Below, one piece after another: positions 1-14,164 of a stretch of 64,000 bases of DNA (position 1 is the first letter of the stretch; each line of letters begins with the position of its first letter). The notes below the pieces were generated by a model that saw only the letters and a program-made list of their open reading frames with translations, had not been told where the DNA came from and did not search any database. This DNA is from Escherichia coli (lineage in GTDB: Bacteria > Pseudomonadota > Gammaproteobacteria > Enterobacterales > Enterobacteriaceae). Position numbers and translations under genes: made by a program. The stretch lies in NCBI RefSeq assembly GCF_013315695.1, contig NZ_CP054353.1; one strand, 5' to 3'.

Positions 1-40
1 GGATCAACTATCGCAAACGAGCATAAACAGGATCGCCATC

Positions 41-1111
41 ATGCAAAAAGACGCGCTGAATAACGTACATATTACCGACGAACAAGTTTTAATGACTCCG
101 GAACAACTGAAGGCCGCTTTTCCATTAAGCCTGCAACAGGAAGCCCAGATTGCTGACTCGCGTAAAACCATTTCAGATATTATCGCCGGGCGCGATCCTC
201 GTCTGTTGGTAGTATGTGGTCCTTGTTCCATTCATGATCCGGAAACTGCTCTGGAATATGCTCGTCGATTTAAAGCCCTTGCCGCAGAGGTCAGCGATAG
301 CCTCTATCTGGTAATGCGCGTCTATTTTGAAAAACCCCGTACCACTGTCGGTTGGAAAGGGTTGATTAACGATCCCCATATGGATGGCTCTTTTGATGTA
401 GAAGCCGGGCTGCAGATCGCGCGTAAATTGCTGCTTGAGCTGGTGAATATGGGACTGCCACTGGCGACGGAAGCGTTAGATCCGAATAGCCCGCAATACC
501 TGGGCGATCTGTTTAGCTGGTCAGCAATTGGTGCTCGTACAACGGAATCGCAAACACACCGTGAAATGGCCTCCGGGCTTTCCATGCCGGTTGGTTTTAA
601 AAACGGCACCGACGGCAGCCTTGCAACGGCTATTAACGCTATGCGTGCCGCCGCCCAGCCGCACCGTTTTGTTGGCATTAACCAGGCAGGGCAGGTTGCG
701 TTGCTACAAACTCAGGGGAATCCGGACGGGCATGTGATCCTGCGCGGTGGTAAAGCGCCGAACTATAGCCCTGCGGATGTTGCGCAATGTGAAAAAGAGA
801 TGGAACAGGCGGGACTGCGCCCGTCTCTGATGGTAGATTGCAGCCACGGTAATTCCAATAAAGATTATCGCCGTCAGCCTGCGGTGGCAGAATCCGTGGT
901 TGCTCAAATCAAAGATGGCAATCGCTCAATTATTGGTCTGATGATCGAAAGTAATATCCACGAGGGCAATCAGTCTTCCGAGCAACCGCGCAGTGAAATG
1001 AAATACGGTGTATCCGTAACCGATGCCTGCATTAGTTGGGAAATGACCGATGCCTTGCTGCGTGAAATTCATCAGGATCTGAACGGGCAGCTGACGGCTC
1101 GCGTGGCTTAA
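41..1111 (+). CDS. aroF: 3-deoxy-7-phosphoheptulonate (DAHP) synthase, Tyr-sensitive
   Basis: 356-aa ORF recognised as E. coli AroF; followed 10 bp later by tyrA, the known aroF-tyrA operon arrangement. Confidence 0.93.
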   Translation: MQKDALNNVHITDEQVLMTPEQLKAAFPLSLQQEAQIADSRKTISDIIAGRDPRLLVVCGPCSIHDPETALEYARRFKALAAEVSDSLYLVMRVYFEKPRTTVGWKGLINDPHMDGSFDVEAGLQIARKLLLELVNMGLPLATEALDPNSPQYLGDLFSWSAIGARTTESQTHREMASGLSMPVGFKNGTDGSLATAINAMRAAAQPHRFVGINQAGQVALLQTQGNPDGHVILRGGKAPNYSPADVAQCEKEMEQAGLRPSLMVDCSHGNSNKDYRRQPAVAESVVAQIKDGNRSIIGLMIESNIHEGNQSSEQPRSEMKYGVSVTDACISWEMTDALLREIHQDLNGQLTARVA

Positions 1112-1121
1112 GAGGTTTATT

Positions 1122-2243
1122 ATGGTTGCTGAATTGACCGCATTACGCGATCAAATTGATGAAGTCGATAAAGCGCTGCTGAATTTATTAGCGAAGCGTC
1201 TGGAACTGGTTGCTGAAGTTGGCGAGGTGAAAAGCCGCTTTGGACTGCCTATTTATGTTCCGGAGCGCGAGGCATCTATGCTGGCCTCGCGGCGTGCAGA
1301 GGCGGAAGCTCTGGGTGTACCGCCAGATCTGATTGAGGATGTTTTGCGTCGGGTGATGCGTGAATCTTACTCCAGTGAAAACGACAAAGGATTTAAAACG
1401 CTTTGTCCGTCACTGCGTCCGGTGGTTATCGTCGGTGGTGGCGGTCAGATGGGACGTCTGTTCGAGAAGATGCTGGCACTCTCGGGTTATCAGGTGCGGA
1501 TTCTGGAGCAACATGACTGGGATCGCGCAGCTGATATTGTTGCCGATGCCGGAATGGTGATTGTTAGTGTGCCCATCCACGTTACTGAACAAGTTATTGG
1601 CAAATTACCGCCTTTACCGAAAGATTGTATTCTGGTCGATCTGGCATCAGTGAAAAATGGGCCATTACAGGCCATGCTGGCGGCGCATGATGGTCCGGTG
1701 CTGGGGCTACACCCGATGTTCGGTCCGGACAGCGGTAGCCTGGCAAAGCAAGTTGTGGTCTGGTGTGATGGACGTAAGCCGGAAGCATACCAATGGTTTC
1801 TGGAGCAAATTCAGGTCTGGGGCGCTCGGCTGCATCGTATTAGCGCTGTCGAGCACGATCAGAATATGGCGTTTATTCAGGCTCTGCGCCACTTTGCTAC
1901 TTTTGCTTATGGGCTGCACCTGGCAGAAGAAAATGTTCAGCTTGAGCAACTTCTGGCGCTCTCTTCGCCGATTTACCGCCTTGAACTGGCGATGGTTGGG
2001 CGACTGTTTGCTCAGGATCCGCAGCTTTATGCCGACATTATTATGTCGTCAGAGCGTAATCTGGCGTTAATCAAACGTTACTATAAGCGTTTCGGCGAGG
2101 CGATTGAGTTGCTGGAGCAGGGCGATAAGCAGGCGTTTATTGACAGTTTCCGCAAGGTGGAGCACTGGTTCGGCGATTACGCACAGCGTTTTCAGAGTGA
2201 AAGCCGCGTGTTATTGCGTCAGGCGAATGACAACCGTCACTAA
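1122..2243 (+). CDS. tyrA: bifunctional chorismate mutase / prephenate dehydrogenase
   Basis: 373-aa ORF; N-terminal chorismate mutase region plus NAD-binding G-rich motif ([11 protein letters not shown]); matches TyrA length and context. Confidence 0.93.
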   Translation: MVAELTALRDQIDEVDKALLNLLAKRLELVAEVGEVKSRFGLPIYVPEREASMLASRRAEAEALGVPPDLIEDVLRRVMRESYSSENDKGFKTLCPSLRPVVIVGGGGQMGRLFEKMLALSGYQVRILEQHDWDRAADIVADAGMVIVSVPIHVTEQVIGKLPPLPKDCILVDLASVKNGPLQAMLAAHDGPVLGLHPMFGPDSGSLAKQVVVWCDGRKPEAYQWFLEQIQVWGARLHRISAVEHDQNMAFIQALRHFATFAYGLHLAEENVQLEQLLALSSPIYRLELAMVGRLFAQDPQLYADIIMSSERNLALIKRYYKRFGEAIELLEQGDKQAFIDSFRKVEHWFGDYAQRFQSESRVLLRQANDNRH

Positions 2244-2250
2244 TAATCCA

Positions 2251-2285
2251 GTGCCGGGTGATTCACATCATCCGGCACCTTTTCA
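2251..2285 (+). terminator. rho-independent terminator after tyrA (possibly shared with convergent pheA)
   Basis: Inverted repeat gtgccgggtga...tcacatccggcac followed by cttttc, immediately after the tyrA stop and abutting the pheA stop. Confidence 0.6.
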
Positions 2286-3446
2286 TCAGGTTGGATCAAC
2301 AGGCACTACGTTCTCACTTGGGTAACAGCCCAATACCTTCATCGAACGGGTGATGTCCCCTAACTCTTTCAATGCTTTTTGCATTTCCGCTGATTCAAGA
2401 TTGGCCTGAATATCCAGATAAAACATCTCTTCCCATGGATTACCGTGAATCGGGCGTGACTCCAGACGGGTCATAATCAGATTGTGGTTGCGCAGTACCA
2501 GCAACGCTTCAACCAGCGCACCAGCTTGTTGCCCGGTCGCCATTAACAACGTCGTTTTCGCTGGAACCTGGTCAGACACGTTAATGGCTTTACGTGCCAA
2601 CACCACAAATCGGGTGAAGTTTTGTCGCTGATTCGCTTCAATACGCTCCAGTACCTGCAAACCGTACAAAGTGCCGCCAGCTTCGCTTCCCAACGCAGCA
2701 ACATGCGGTGATTTTGCCTGTGCAACCTTTTCCATTGCCGCAGACGTACTTTCGGTATATTCAATCTTCCAGTGCGGATAACGATTAAGGAATTTGCTGC
2801 ATTGCTGGAATGGCTGCGGATGGCTGTAGACCGTATTGATGGTGGATAAATCAGTAGTGCCGGAGACCAACAAACAATGGTCGATAGTTAACGTCATCTC
2901 GCCAACAATCGACAAACTGGTATGTTGCAGCAGATCGTAAACGTCGTTTATGGCACCGGAGCTGGTATTTTCAATCGGTACGACGGCATAGTCGGCCTGG
3001 CCGGTTTCCACCTGATTAAAAATATCGGCAAATTTGGCGCAGCCACTTTCAATGAATTGCTCAAAGTGACGCGCAGCGTACTGACGAGCGGCAAGATGTG
3101 AATAGGAGCCTTTGGGGCCGAGAAAAGCGATGCGTGCTGAGTGCGGATTAATTTTATTGAGATGTTGCTGGAGCAGTGCCTGCTGAGTTAATACGGAATC
3201 TTCAATGATGAGCTGGAACAGGCGAGTAATGTAATGGGCGTCCAGATGGTGCGCTTTACCGAGCGTAATTAATCTTTCCAGCAAATCGCGTTCGCGATCA
3301 ATATTACGTACCGGGCGATGCGAGAGCAGTTTGGCTTTTCCCACCTCGACGGCCAGTTCGCGTCGCTCTGCCAGTAATGCTAATAATTTTTCATCCAGCG
3401 CGCTGATTTTCTCTCGCAGCGCCAGTAACGGGTTTTCCGATGTCAT
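2286..3446 (-). CDS. pheA: bifunctional chorismate mutase / prephenate dehydratase
   Basis: 386-aa ORF recognised as PheA; preceded on the same strand by the pheL leader peptide and attenuator. Confidence 0.93.
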   Translation of the reverse strand: MTSENPLLALREKISALDEKLLALLAERRELAVEVGKAKLLSHRPVRNIDRERDLLERLITLGKAHHLDAHYITRLFQLIIEDSVLTQQALLQQHLNKINPHSARIAFLGPKGSYSHLAARQYAARHFEQFIESGCAKFADIFNQVETGQADYAVVPIENTSSGAINDVYDLLQHTSLSIVGEMTLTIDHCLLVSGTTDLSTINTVYSHPQPFQQCSKFLNRYPHWKIEYTESTSAAMEKVAQAKSPHVAALGSEAGGTLYGLQVLERIEANQRQNFTRFVVLARKAINVSDQVPAKTTLLMATGQQAGALVEALLVLRNHNLIMTRLESRPIHGNPWEEMFYLDIQANLESAEMQKALKELGDITRSMKVLGCYPSENVVPVDPT

Positions 3447-3466
3447 AGTGTTGCCTTTTTGTTATC

Positions 3467-3496
3467 AATAAAAAAGGCCCCCCGATTTGGGAGGCC
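3467..3496 (-). terminator. pheA attenuator terminator
   Basis: On the minus strand GGCCTCCCAAATCGGGGGGCC followed by TTTTTTATT, lying between pheL and pheA. Confidence 0.8.
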
Positions 3497-3544
3497 TTAT
3501 TGTTCGTCTTCGCATTCTGTTTCACACGACGAAACGCCTCCCAT

Positions 3545-3592
3545 TCAGGGGAAGGTAAAAAAGAATGCGAAGAAAAACGGTGTGTGTTTCAT
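3545..3592 (-). CDS. pheL: phe operon leader peptide ([15 protein letters not shown])
   Basis: Reverse complement reads ATG AAA CAC ATA CCG TTT TTC TTC GCA TTC TTT TTT ACC TTC CCC TGA, a 15-codon Phe-rich leader; too short for the ORF track. Confidence 0.9.
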   Translation of the reverse strand: [15 protein letters not shown]

Positions 3593-3646
3593 GTTTGTTT
3601 CCTTAAGTGACTTTAGTACAGTACCCGTACTGTTTTCACGCTGTCA

Positions 3647-3673
3647 ACAAAAAACGCGCCCGAAGGCGCGTTG
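3647..3673 (-). terminator. rho-independent terminator downstream of raiA
   Basis: Minus strand AACGCGCCTTCGGGCGCGTT followed by TTTTTTG, just past the raiA stop. Confidence 0.7.
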
Positions 3674-3695
3674 GCGATACACTCAATATAAAGGA

Positions 3696-4091
<396 letters not shown>

Positions 4092-4284
4092 TCAAAATGT
4101 GTGATGGAAATCTCATAATTTTGTCACTTTTTGTCAACGAATCTTTTTTGTGAGAAATCGCAGGAAGAGGTGTTTTTTACTTGAGGAATATCTCAAAGCG
4201 AGCCATATTTGATGAGATCGATAGTGACTAAATCGCTTCAGTTTCACAACTAACAGAATAAAAAAACGGCAGCTCAAGGGCTGT

Positions 4285-5709
4285 AATGCCAGTCAGTTAA
4301 GCAACTGACTGGCTCTTTTTCGGGGCTGTGGGGTATTTCCAGGGCCTCTCCTTTACCACTCTCGGGAAGGCCCTTTCCCTTCTTGTCGGTAATTTCACAA
4401 GTTGTCCCATACTTGCAAGATCGCGCATCAGCTCCGGTATACGTCCCGGTGAAGCGCCCTGCAATGTCATCAGCATTCTCATCACCATTCCGCATGATTC
4501 TGAGAAACTCAGTTGATTCGGCCAGTAACCTTTCAGATGTTCCGCCATTTTAATCATCTGATATCTCACCAGATTATAAGCCAGTAAGACACCCCACAGC
4601 TCTTGCTCCACAAGCTCCGGTTTTTTACTTCTCAGCGTCAGCCTGCTCAGTTGCATCGTCTGTTTTATCTCCCTGTATCCCAGTTCGATTTCCCAGCGAT
4701 GACTGTACAGATCCGCCATTTCTCCTCCGGGGAAGCGCATGGCGTCCGTCATCGACGTCAGCAGATGGCAGACTTTTCCTTTGCGCGTCACGGTCAGCAG
4801 GCGGGCTGTCACTTCATTTCCCAGTCCCGGCCACTTTTTTCGTGCCTGCGGGCTGGTTTTCAGCTTCACCAGATGATCGCCTTTACCCAGTTTTCTGATC
4901 TCTTCATATTGCGCTCCCTTTCTGAGAGGTATCATCCAGTGGCGGTGTTCTCCCGCCAGGCTCCAGGCATTTAACAGTCCCAGTGAGTAATAACCTTTAT
5001 CCATTAACGTCAGAGTGTTATCGCCGGTTTGTTCTATAAGTTGCTCAGCAAGCTCATTTTCGCTGTTCTTCATCGTGCCGAAGGCTGCAGCCGTCAGCAG
5101 ATGGCTGGTCAGTTCCATCTGGCAGACCATTTTGACCTGCGGGTAGAGCGCCGGGTTCCCGGCATGTGTCTGGCGGGGGAAGGCTGCATCGTTCTCTGGT
5201 GTATCCGGTGTGCGCCAGAACACACCATCGATGGCCAGCAGGGTCAGGCCGCACCAGTGCGGATGCGGCGTGGCGTTATGCCAGAGCTGCGCTGTTTTCG
5301 TGAACACGCGGCGGACAGCCTCACTTCCCAGGCGCTGGCGGGCCTGAATAACGGCACTGGGGGCAACGAAGGGGCGATTGCCCGGCAGCATGATGTCCAG
5401 GCGATTCACAATCTGGTGAAGAGGTTCTTTACGCTCAAGCGCCATGCCAACAATACACCAGACCATCATTTCGAGGGGAAGACGGCGCTTGCGTAGCGTT
5501 ACAGTACCTGATTCGGCAAGGCAACGAGAGATGAGTTCGGGGTCGAGGTAATCCCCCAGAGAAGTCAGTGGGTTACGCAGAGAATCGTAACGGGATACCA
5601 GATCAAGAGCCTGTCCAATGTGCATAAAAAAATCCGGAAACAAGTGAGCGTTTCCGGATTCTTACACAGCCACTGGATCGGTCAACTGATCCTTAACTGA
5701 TCGGCATTA
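4285..5709 (-). mobile_element. IS4 insertion sequence, complete (about 1425 bp)
   Basis: Imperfect terminal inverted repeats TAATGCCAGTCAGTTAAG (left, from 4285) and TAATGCCGATCAGTTAAG (right, reverse complement ending 5709), 16 of 18 identical, enclosing a single DDE transposase ORF. Confidence 0.88.
4297..5625 (-). CDS. insG: IS4 family transposase
   Basis: ORF 4297..5643; recognised as the IS4 transposase, with the likely start at the internal [16 protein letters not shown] (track ORF is 6 aa longer). Confidence 0.85.
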   Translation of the reverse strand: MHIGQALDLVSRYDSLRNPLTSLGDYLDPELISRCLAESGTVTLRKRRLPLEMMVWCIVGMALERKEPLHQIVNRLDIMLPGNRPFVAPSAVIQARQRLGSEAVRRVFTKTAQLWHNATPHPHWCGLTLLAIDGVFWRTPDTPENDAAFPRQTHAGNPALYPQVKMVCQMELTSHLLTAAAFGTMKNSENELAEQLIEQTGDNTLTLMDKGYYSLGLLNAWSLAGEHRHWMIPLRKGAQYEEIRKLGKGDHLVKLKTSPQARKKWPGLGNEVTARLLTVTRKGKVCHLLTSMTDAMRFPGGEMADLYSHRWEIELGYREIKQTMQLSRLTLRSKKPELVEQELWGVLLAYNLVRYQMIKMAEHLKGYWPNQLSFSESCGMVMRMLMTLQGASPGRIPELMRDLASMGQLVKLPTRRERAFPRVVKERPWKYPTAPKKSQSVA

Positions 5710-5750
5710 CAGCCCGAAGGCTGGCATTTTTAAATCAGATAAAGTCAGAC

Positions 5751-7064
<1,314 letters not shown>

Positions 7065-7135
7065 TCACTAGTTAAACTGAAACTCCAGACAAACAACGCG
7101 TACCCAGGGTACGCGTTGCCGTTCTAACTTTTTTC

Positions 7136-8788
<1,653 letters not shown>

Positions 8789-9000
8789 TTAGGTTGAAAA
8801 GACGATGGAATAACCAGGACGGGAAAGCAGTATACCCGAACATGACCTGTGCCACAAACTTTCATTATCCCTCCTCTTCGCCAGCGCACTATTGAAATCA
8901 GGAGTGAGAAAATAGCCCCTTTGGGGTAAATGTTTTTGACGCAAATCAAGCGCTTGTCATTTAAAAAATGACACAAATGGCGCTTGACCACGTAATTCCC

Positions 9001-9792
9001 TTAGAGATCAATTTCCTGCCGTTTTACCTGTTGCCAGACTTCTTCCATTGTTTCGAGGTCAACACCTGTCATTTCCAGTCCACGCGCGGCAACAATACGC
9101 TCCACTTCGCGAAAACGGCGCTCGAATTTTTCATTGGCTTTTTGTAGTGCAATCTCTGCTTTTGTCCCTAAATGGCGGGCCATGTTGACCGTGGCAAACA
9201 GCAGGTCACCCATTTCCTCCTCCAGTTTAGCCTGGTCGACAACAGCCTGCCGCGCCTCGTACATCACCTCGTCGATCTCTTCGTAGACTTTATCGACTAC
9301 CGGACCAAGCGTCGTCCAGTCGAAACCAACGTTGGCGCAACGTTTCTGGATTTTTTGCGCACGCATTAAAGCCGGTAAACTACGAGGAATATCGTCCAGC
9401 GCCGAATGCTGCGCTTTCTGCGCGCGCTCTTCGGTTTTGATTTGCTCCCAACGGGCAAGCACTTCACTACTGTTTTCGGCAGAACTGTCAGCAAAAACAT
9501 GCGGATGGCGACGTTCTAATTTATCGCTGATCGCGGCGCAAATATCATTAAAGTCAAAGCGCCCTTCTTCCTGGGCCATTTGTGCGTAAAACACCACCTG
9601 GAACAGCAGATCGCCCAGTTCACCGCGCAGATCGTCAAAATCTTCACGGGCGATGGCGTCCAGCACCTCGTAGGTTTCTTCAAGGGTGTAAGGCGCAATG
9701 GTGGCAAATGTCTGCTCTTTATCCCACGGGCAGCCGTTTTCCGGATCGCGCAGGCGCTGCATAATAGTGAGCAAACGGTCGATTTGATTCAT
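9001..9792 (-). CDS. mazG: nucleoside triphosphate pyrophosphohydrolase MazG
   Basis: 263-aa ORF immediately downstream of mazEF; recognised as MazG. Confidence 0.9.
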   Translation of the reverse strand: MNQIDRLLTIMQRLRDPENGCPWDKEQTFATIAPYTLEETYEVLDAIAREDFDDLRGELGDLLFQVVFYAQMAQEEGRFDFNDICAAISDKLERRHPHVFADSSAENSSEVLARWEQIKTEERAQKAQHSALDDIPRSLPALMRAQKIQKRCANVGFDWTTLGPVVDKVYEEIDEVMYEARQAVVDQAKLEEEMGDLLFATVNMARHLGTKAEIALQKANEKFERRFREVERIVAARGLEMTGVDLETMEEVWQQVKRQEIDL

Positions 9793-9863
9793 TAGAATGT
9801 CCTGAAAATTGCGGGTCTGTCAGGTGGAAACCTGTGACCAGAATAGAAGTGAGTTAGTAACAC

Positions 9864-10199
9864 CTAGCCAATCAGCACGTTAATTTTGGCTTTAATGAGT
9901 TGTAATTCCTCTGGGGCAACCGTTCCTTTCTTCGTTACTCCTCTTGCCCGCCAGGCGATTCTTTTTACCTGATCAGCTAACGCTACGCCATCACGTTCCT
10001 GACCGGATAGAACAACTTCAAACGGATATCCTTTTGATTGCGTTGTACAAGGAACACACAGACACATACCTGTTTTGTTGTTGTACATGAACGGACTGAG
10101 GACAACAGCCGGACGATGTCCGGCTTGCTCGCTACCTTTTGTCGGGTCAAAATCAACCCAAATCAGATCGCCCATATCGGGTACGTATCGGCTTACCAT
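9864..10199 (-). CDS. mazF: toxin MazF (mRNA interferase, ACA-specific endoribonuclease)
   Basis: 111-aa [22 protein letters not shown]...; start overlaps the mazE stop by 1 nt. Confidence 0.93.
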   Translation of the reverse strand: MVSRYVPDMGDLIWVDFDPTKGSEQAGHRPAVVLSPFMYNNKTGMCLCVPCTTQSKGYPFEVVLSGQERDGVALADQVKRIAWRARGVTKKGTVAPEELQLIKAKINVLIG

Positions 10200-10447
10200 T
10201 ACCAGACTTCCTTATCTTTCGGCTCCCCCCAGTCGATATTCTCGTGGAGGTTTTCCGGCGTGATGTCGCTGACCAGTTCAGCAAGCGTAAATACGGGCTC
10301 TTTACGTACTGGCTCAATAATTAATTTGCCATCCACCAGGTCAATCTTCACTTCATCATCAATATTCAGATTGAGCGCCTGCATTAACGTAGCTGGGATC
10401 CGCACTGCAGGAGAATTTCCCCAACGCTTTACGCTACTGTGGATCAT
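10199..10447 (-). CDS. mazE: antitoxin MazE
   Basis: 82-aa [30 protein letters not shown]... (AbrB/SpoVT-type fold), directly upstream of mazF. Confidence 0.93.
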   Translation of the reverse strand: MIHSSVKRWGNSPAVRIPATLMQALNLNIDDEVKIDLVDGKLIIEPVRKEPVFTLAELVSDITPENLHENIDWGEPKDKEVW

Positions 10448-10524
10448 AACCCTTTCCTCAAACCGCTATCATATGTAGATACAGTATATATCAATCTACA
10501 TTGTAGATACGAGCAAATTTCGGC

Positions 10525-12759
10525 CTAACTCCCGTGCAACCGACGTGCGTCGATAACATCCGGCACCTGGTTGAGTTTACCCAGCACGCGGCCCAGCACT
10601 TGCAGGTTGTAAATCTCAATGGTCATGTCGATGGTCGCCAGTTGCTGTTTGGTGTCGCTACGGCTGGCAACGCCAAGCACGTTCACTTTCTCATTGGCGA
10701 GAATGGTTGTGATATCACGTAACAACCCACTACGATCATTAGCCACCACGCGGACCACCAGCGAATATCCGGCGGAGTAGCTCTCGCCCCATACCGCATC
10801 AACAATACGTTCTGGCGCATGGGAGCGCAGTTCCGCTAGTTGTTCGCAATCGGCGCGGTGTACTGAAATACCGCGTCCCTGAGTAATGAAACCAACTATT
10901 TCATCACCAGGAATCGGCTGGCAGCAGCGCGCGATGTGGTGCATCAGGTTACCGACACCTTCAACCACCACACGACCGTTATCTTTACTGCGGTTTTGCG
11001 GCGTATAGCTTTTTTGCTGAAGTTGCTTCAGCGCGGCGGCATCCTGCTCTTCGGCACTCGGCTTATTAAATTGCGATTGCAGGAAGTTCACCATCTGATT
11101 GAGACGGATATCCCCGCCACCAATCGCCGCCAGCAACTCGTCGACATCATTGAAGTTGTAACGCGGCAGCAGATGTTTTTCTGCTTCTTTCAGGCTGATC
11201 CCCAGATGTTCCAGCTCGTCGTCAAGGATTTGCCGCCCAGCCAGAATGTTTTTGTCACGGTCCTGTTTACGGAACCAGGCGTGAATTTTCGAACGCCCAC
11301 GGCTGGTTGTGACGTAACCGAGGTTTGGGTTTAACCAGTCACGGCTGGGGTTCGGCTGTTTCTGGGTGATAATTTCAATCTGGTCGCCCATCTGCAGCTG
11401 GTAGGTGAACGGCACAATGCGCCCGCCAATTTTTGCCCCGATGCAGCGGTGTCCGACATCACTGTGGATGTGGTAAGCGAAGTCCAGCGGTGTTGATCCC
11501 GCAGGCAAATCAACGACATCACCTTTCGGCGTAAAGACGTACACCCGGTCGTCAAAGACCTGGCTACGTACTTCGTCGAGCATTTCGCCGGAATCAGCCA
11601 TCTCTTCCTGCCACGCAATCAGTTTACGCAGCCAGGCAATCCGGTCTTCATGTCCCGAACGTGCGCCGCCAGCTGCCGCGCCCTCTTTATATTTCCAGTG
11701 CGCAGCAACACCCAACTCTGCATCTTCATGCATCTGTTTAGTGCGGATTTGGATCTCTACGGTTTTGCCACCCGGCCCCAGAACCACGGTATGAATAGAC
11801 TGATAACCGTTTGGTTTCGGGTTAGCGACGTAATCGTCAAACTCATCCGGCAGGTGGCGATAGTGAGTGTGCACTATCCCCAGTGCGGCATAACAATCCT
11901 GTAAACGCTCGGCGACAATACGTACCGCACGCACATCAAACAGCTCATCGAAGGCGAGGTTCTTTTTCTGCATTTTGCGCCAGATGCTGTAGATATGTTT
12001 CGGTCGACCATACACTTCAGCTTTAACGCCTTCAGCTTTCATCTCAGCGCGCAGATGACCGACAAACTCTTCGATATAGTGTTCGCGGTCGAGACGGCGT
12101 TCATGCAGCAGTTTTGCGATGCGTTTGTATTCGGTCGGGTGGAGATAACGGAAGCAGTAATCTTCCAGCTCCCATTTCAGTTGTCCAATCCCAAGACGGT
12201 TCGCCAACGGCGCGTAGATATTGGTGCACTCTTTTGCCGCCAGTACGCGTTCATCTTCCGGCGCGTCTTTTACTTCGCGCAGATGAGCAATACGCTCTGC
12301 CAGTTTGATGACCACGCAGCGAAAATCATCGACCATCGCCAATAACATCCGGCGAACGTTATCGACCTGTTCGGAGGAAACAGAATCGGTATGCGTCGCT
12401 TTCAGCTGGCGGATCGCCGCCATATCACGCACGCCGTGAATAAGGTTAACGACCGACTTACCGACGCTCTCACGCAGCACATCTTCGCTGACTACGTTGG
12501 CATCGGCCAGAGGGAACAGCAGCGCCGCCCGCAGCGTGTCAATGTCCATACTTAATGTCGAGAGGATCTCCACCATCTCAACACCACGCCACAATAACAG
12601 ACTGGCATCCGGATGCCCCTGCGTCTGTTGCAGACAATACGCCCAGGTTTCGGCTAAGCACTCACACGACTTCTGGCTGGTAATACCCAGACTTGCGATC
12701 CATTTTTCCGGATCAAATTCACCAGCCTTATTGATATGTGCACTTCTTACCGCAACCAT
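10525..12759 (-). CDS. relA: GTP pyrophosphokinase, (p)ppGpp synthetase I
   Basis: 744-aa ORF with HD-like and synthetase domains and C-terminal ACT region; relA-mazEF-mazG order. Confidence 0.96.
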   Translation of the reverse strand: MVAVRSAHINKAGEFDPEKWIASLGITSQKSCECLAETWAYCLQQTQGHPDASLLLWRGVEMVEILSTLSMDIDTLRAALLFPLADANVVSEDVLRESVGKSVVNLIHGVRDMAAIRQLKATHTDSVSSEQVDNVRRMLLAMVDDFRCVVIKLAERIAHLREVKDAPEDERVLAAKECTNIYAPLANRLGIGQLKWELEDYCFRYLHPTEYKRIAKLLHERRLDREHYIEEFVGHLRAEMKAEGVKAEVYGRPKHIYSIWRKMQKKNLAFDELFDVRAVRIVAERLQDCYAALGIVHTHYRHLPDEFDDYVANPKPNGYQSIHTVVLGPGGKTVEIQIRTKQMHEDAELGVAAHWKYKEGAAAGGARSGHEDRIAWLRKLIAWQEEMADSGEMLDEVRSQVFDDRVYVFTPKGDVVDLPAGSTPLDFAYHIHSDVGHRCIGAKIGGRIVPFTYQLQMGDQIEIITQKQPNPSRDWLNPNLGYVTTSRGRSKIHAWFRKQDRDKNILAGRQILDDELEHLGISLKEAEKHLLPRYNFNDVDELLAAIGGGDIRLNQMVNFLQSQFNKPSAEEQDAAALKQLQQKSYTPQNRSKDNGRVVVEGVGNLMHHIARCCQPIPGDEIVGFITQGRGISVHRADCEQLAELRSHAPERIVDAVWGESYSAGYSLVVRVVANDRSGLLRDITTILANEKVNVLGVASRSDTKQQLATIDMTIEIYNLQVLGRVLGKLNQVPDVIDARRLHGS

Positions 12760-12806
12760 CGTCCTCTCCTTTAGGGACCAGACCTGCCGAAATCGGCAAA
12801 TCGTAA

Positions 12807-14108
12807 CTATTTAACGCGCGAGAAAAGTACCATCGATTCCAGATGTCCCGTGTGTGGGAACATATCCAGCATCGCCAGTCGCGCAATGGTATATCCTGCT
12901 TTTAATAACGCTTCGCTATCCCGAGCCAGCGTTGCAGGATTACAGGATACATAAACTATACGAATAGGTTCCAGTTTTATAATTTGCTGCATAACACCTG
13001 CGGCACCTGCTCGCGCCGGGTCCAGCAACACTTTATCGAAGCCGTTTTTCGCCCACGGCTGCTTTGTGACATCTTCTTCAAGATTTTCGTGATAAAACGT
13101 CACATTGTGTAAGCCATTAAGACGCGCATTCTGCTGGCCTTTTTCCACCAGCGCCGGAACACCTTCTACACCCACCACACTGGCAGCTTGTGTCGCCAAT
13201 GGCAGTGTAAAGTTGCCCATACCGCAGAACAGATCCAGTACGCGATCTTCAGGTTGTACATCCAGCCATTCCAACGCACGCGCTACCATTTTTTGGTTCA
13301 CACCCGCATTGACCTGAATAAAATCGCGCGGGCTAAAAGTTAAGCGCAACCCGTTTGAGTCATACCAGGGCATCTCACCAGAGACGGTTTCGAGTATCTC
13401 ACTATCGGGGGCGAGATACAGATCCAGTCCTTCAGAATGCGAAAAGCGTTCCAGTTTTTCGCGATCTGCCGAACTTAGCGGTGCGGTATGGCGCAAAATC
13501 ATCAGCGTGCCGCTGGTTGCCTGTACCAGTTCAACATGACCAAGATGGCGCATAGCTTGTAAGCTGCCCAGGCATGCCCTGACTTTGGGCAGCAATGCTT
13601 CAAGTTGGGGCACTAAAATGGGGCATTGTTTAACGTCGACAATGTCACTGGAGCCCGCTTTGCGAAACCCCATCTGAAGTTGCTGTGTTTTCGGTAAGTA
13701 GTTCAGACTTAAACGCGCGCGACGGCGATAGCCCCAGGGAACATCGGCGATCACTTCAGAGACTTCGTGTTTCATTAATCGGGCGAGTGCCGCACTTTTG
13801 CTTCGCTGCTGTAAATCCACACTGGCGTGTTGTTGCTGACAGCCGCCGCATACGCCAAAATGAGGGCAGCGTGGCGTTTCGCGTTCCGGGCTATCGCTTA
13901 ACCGGCGCACGACTTTAGCGCGGGCGTATTGTTTTTTATCTTCAGTAACAGTAACTTCCGCGTTTTCCTGTGGCAATAATCCAGGAATAAATAACGTTTT
14001 GCCGTTATGTCGCGCCACGCCCTGACCAAAAGAGTCGAGGTCATTGACTGAAACGGTTATGATCTGACGCGTCGTCGTGTGTCGTTTTGCAGAGTAGAAT
14101 TGCGCCAT
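12807..14108 (-). CDS. rlmD: 23S rRNA (uracil1939-C5)-methyltransferase
   Basis: 433-aa ORF with TRAM domain and Cys cluster ([11 protein letters not shown]) plus SAM-methyltransferase fold; divergent from barA. Confidence 0.9.
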   Translation of the reverse strand: MAQFYSAKRHTTTRQIITVSVNDLDSFGQGVARHNGKTLFIPGLLPQENAEVTVTEDKKQYARAKVVRRLSDSPERETPRCPHFGVCGGCQQQHASVDLQQRSKSAALARLMKHEVSEVIADVPWGYRRRARLSLNYLPKTQQLQMGFRKAGSSDIVDVKQCPILVPQLEALLPKVRACLGSLQAMRHLGHVELVQATSGTLMILRHTAPLSSADREKLERFSHSEGLDLYLAPDSEILETVSGEMPWYDSNGLRLTFSPRDFIQVNAGVNQKMVARALEWLDVQPEDRVLDLFCGMGNFTLPLATQAASVVGVEGVPALVEKGQQNARLNGLHNVTFYHENLEEDVTKQPWAKNGFDKVLLDPARAGAAGVMQQIIKLEPIRIVYVSCNPATLARDSEALLKAGYTIARLAMLDMFPHTGHLESMVLFSRVK

Positions 14109-14164
14109 TGGCGAGACTTTCTCAATTTAACAGTGTGACCTTAATTGTCCCATAACGGAACTCC

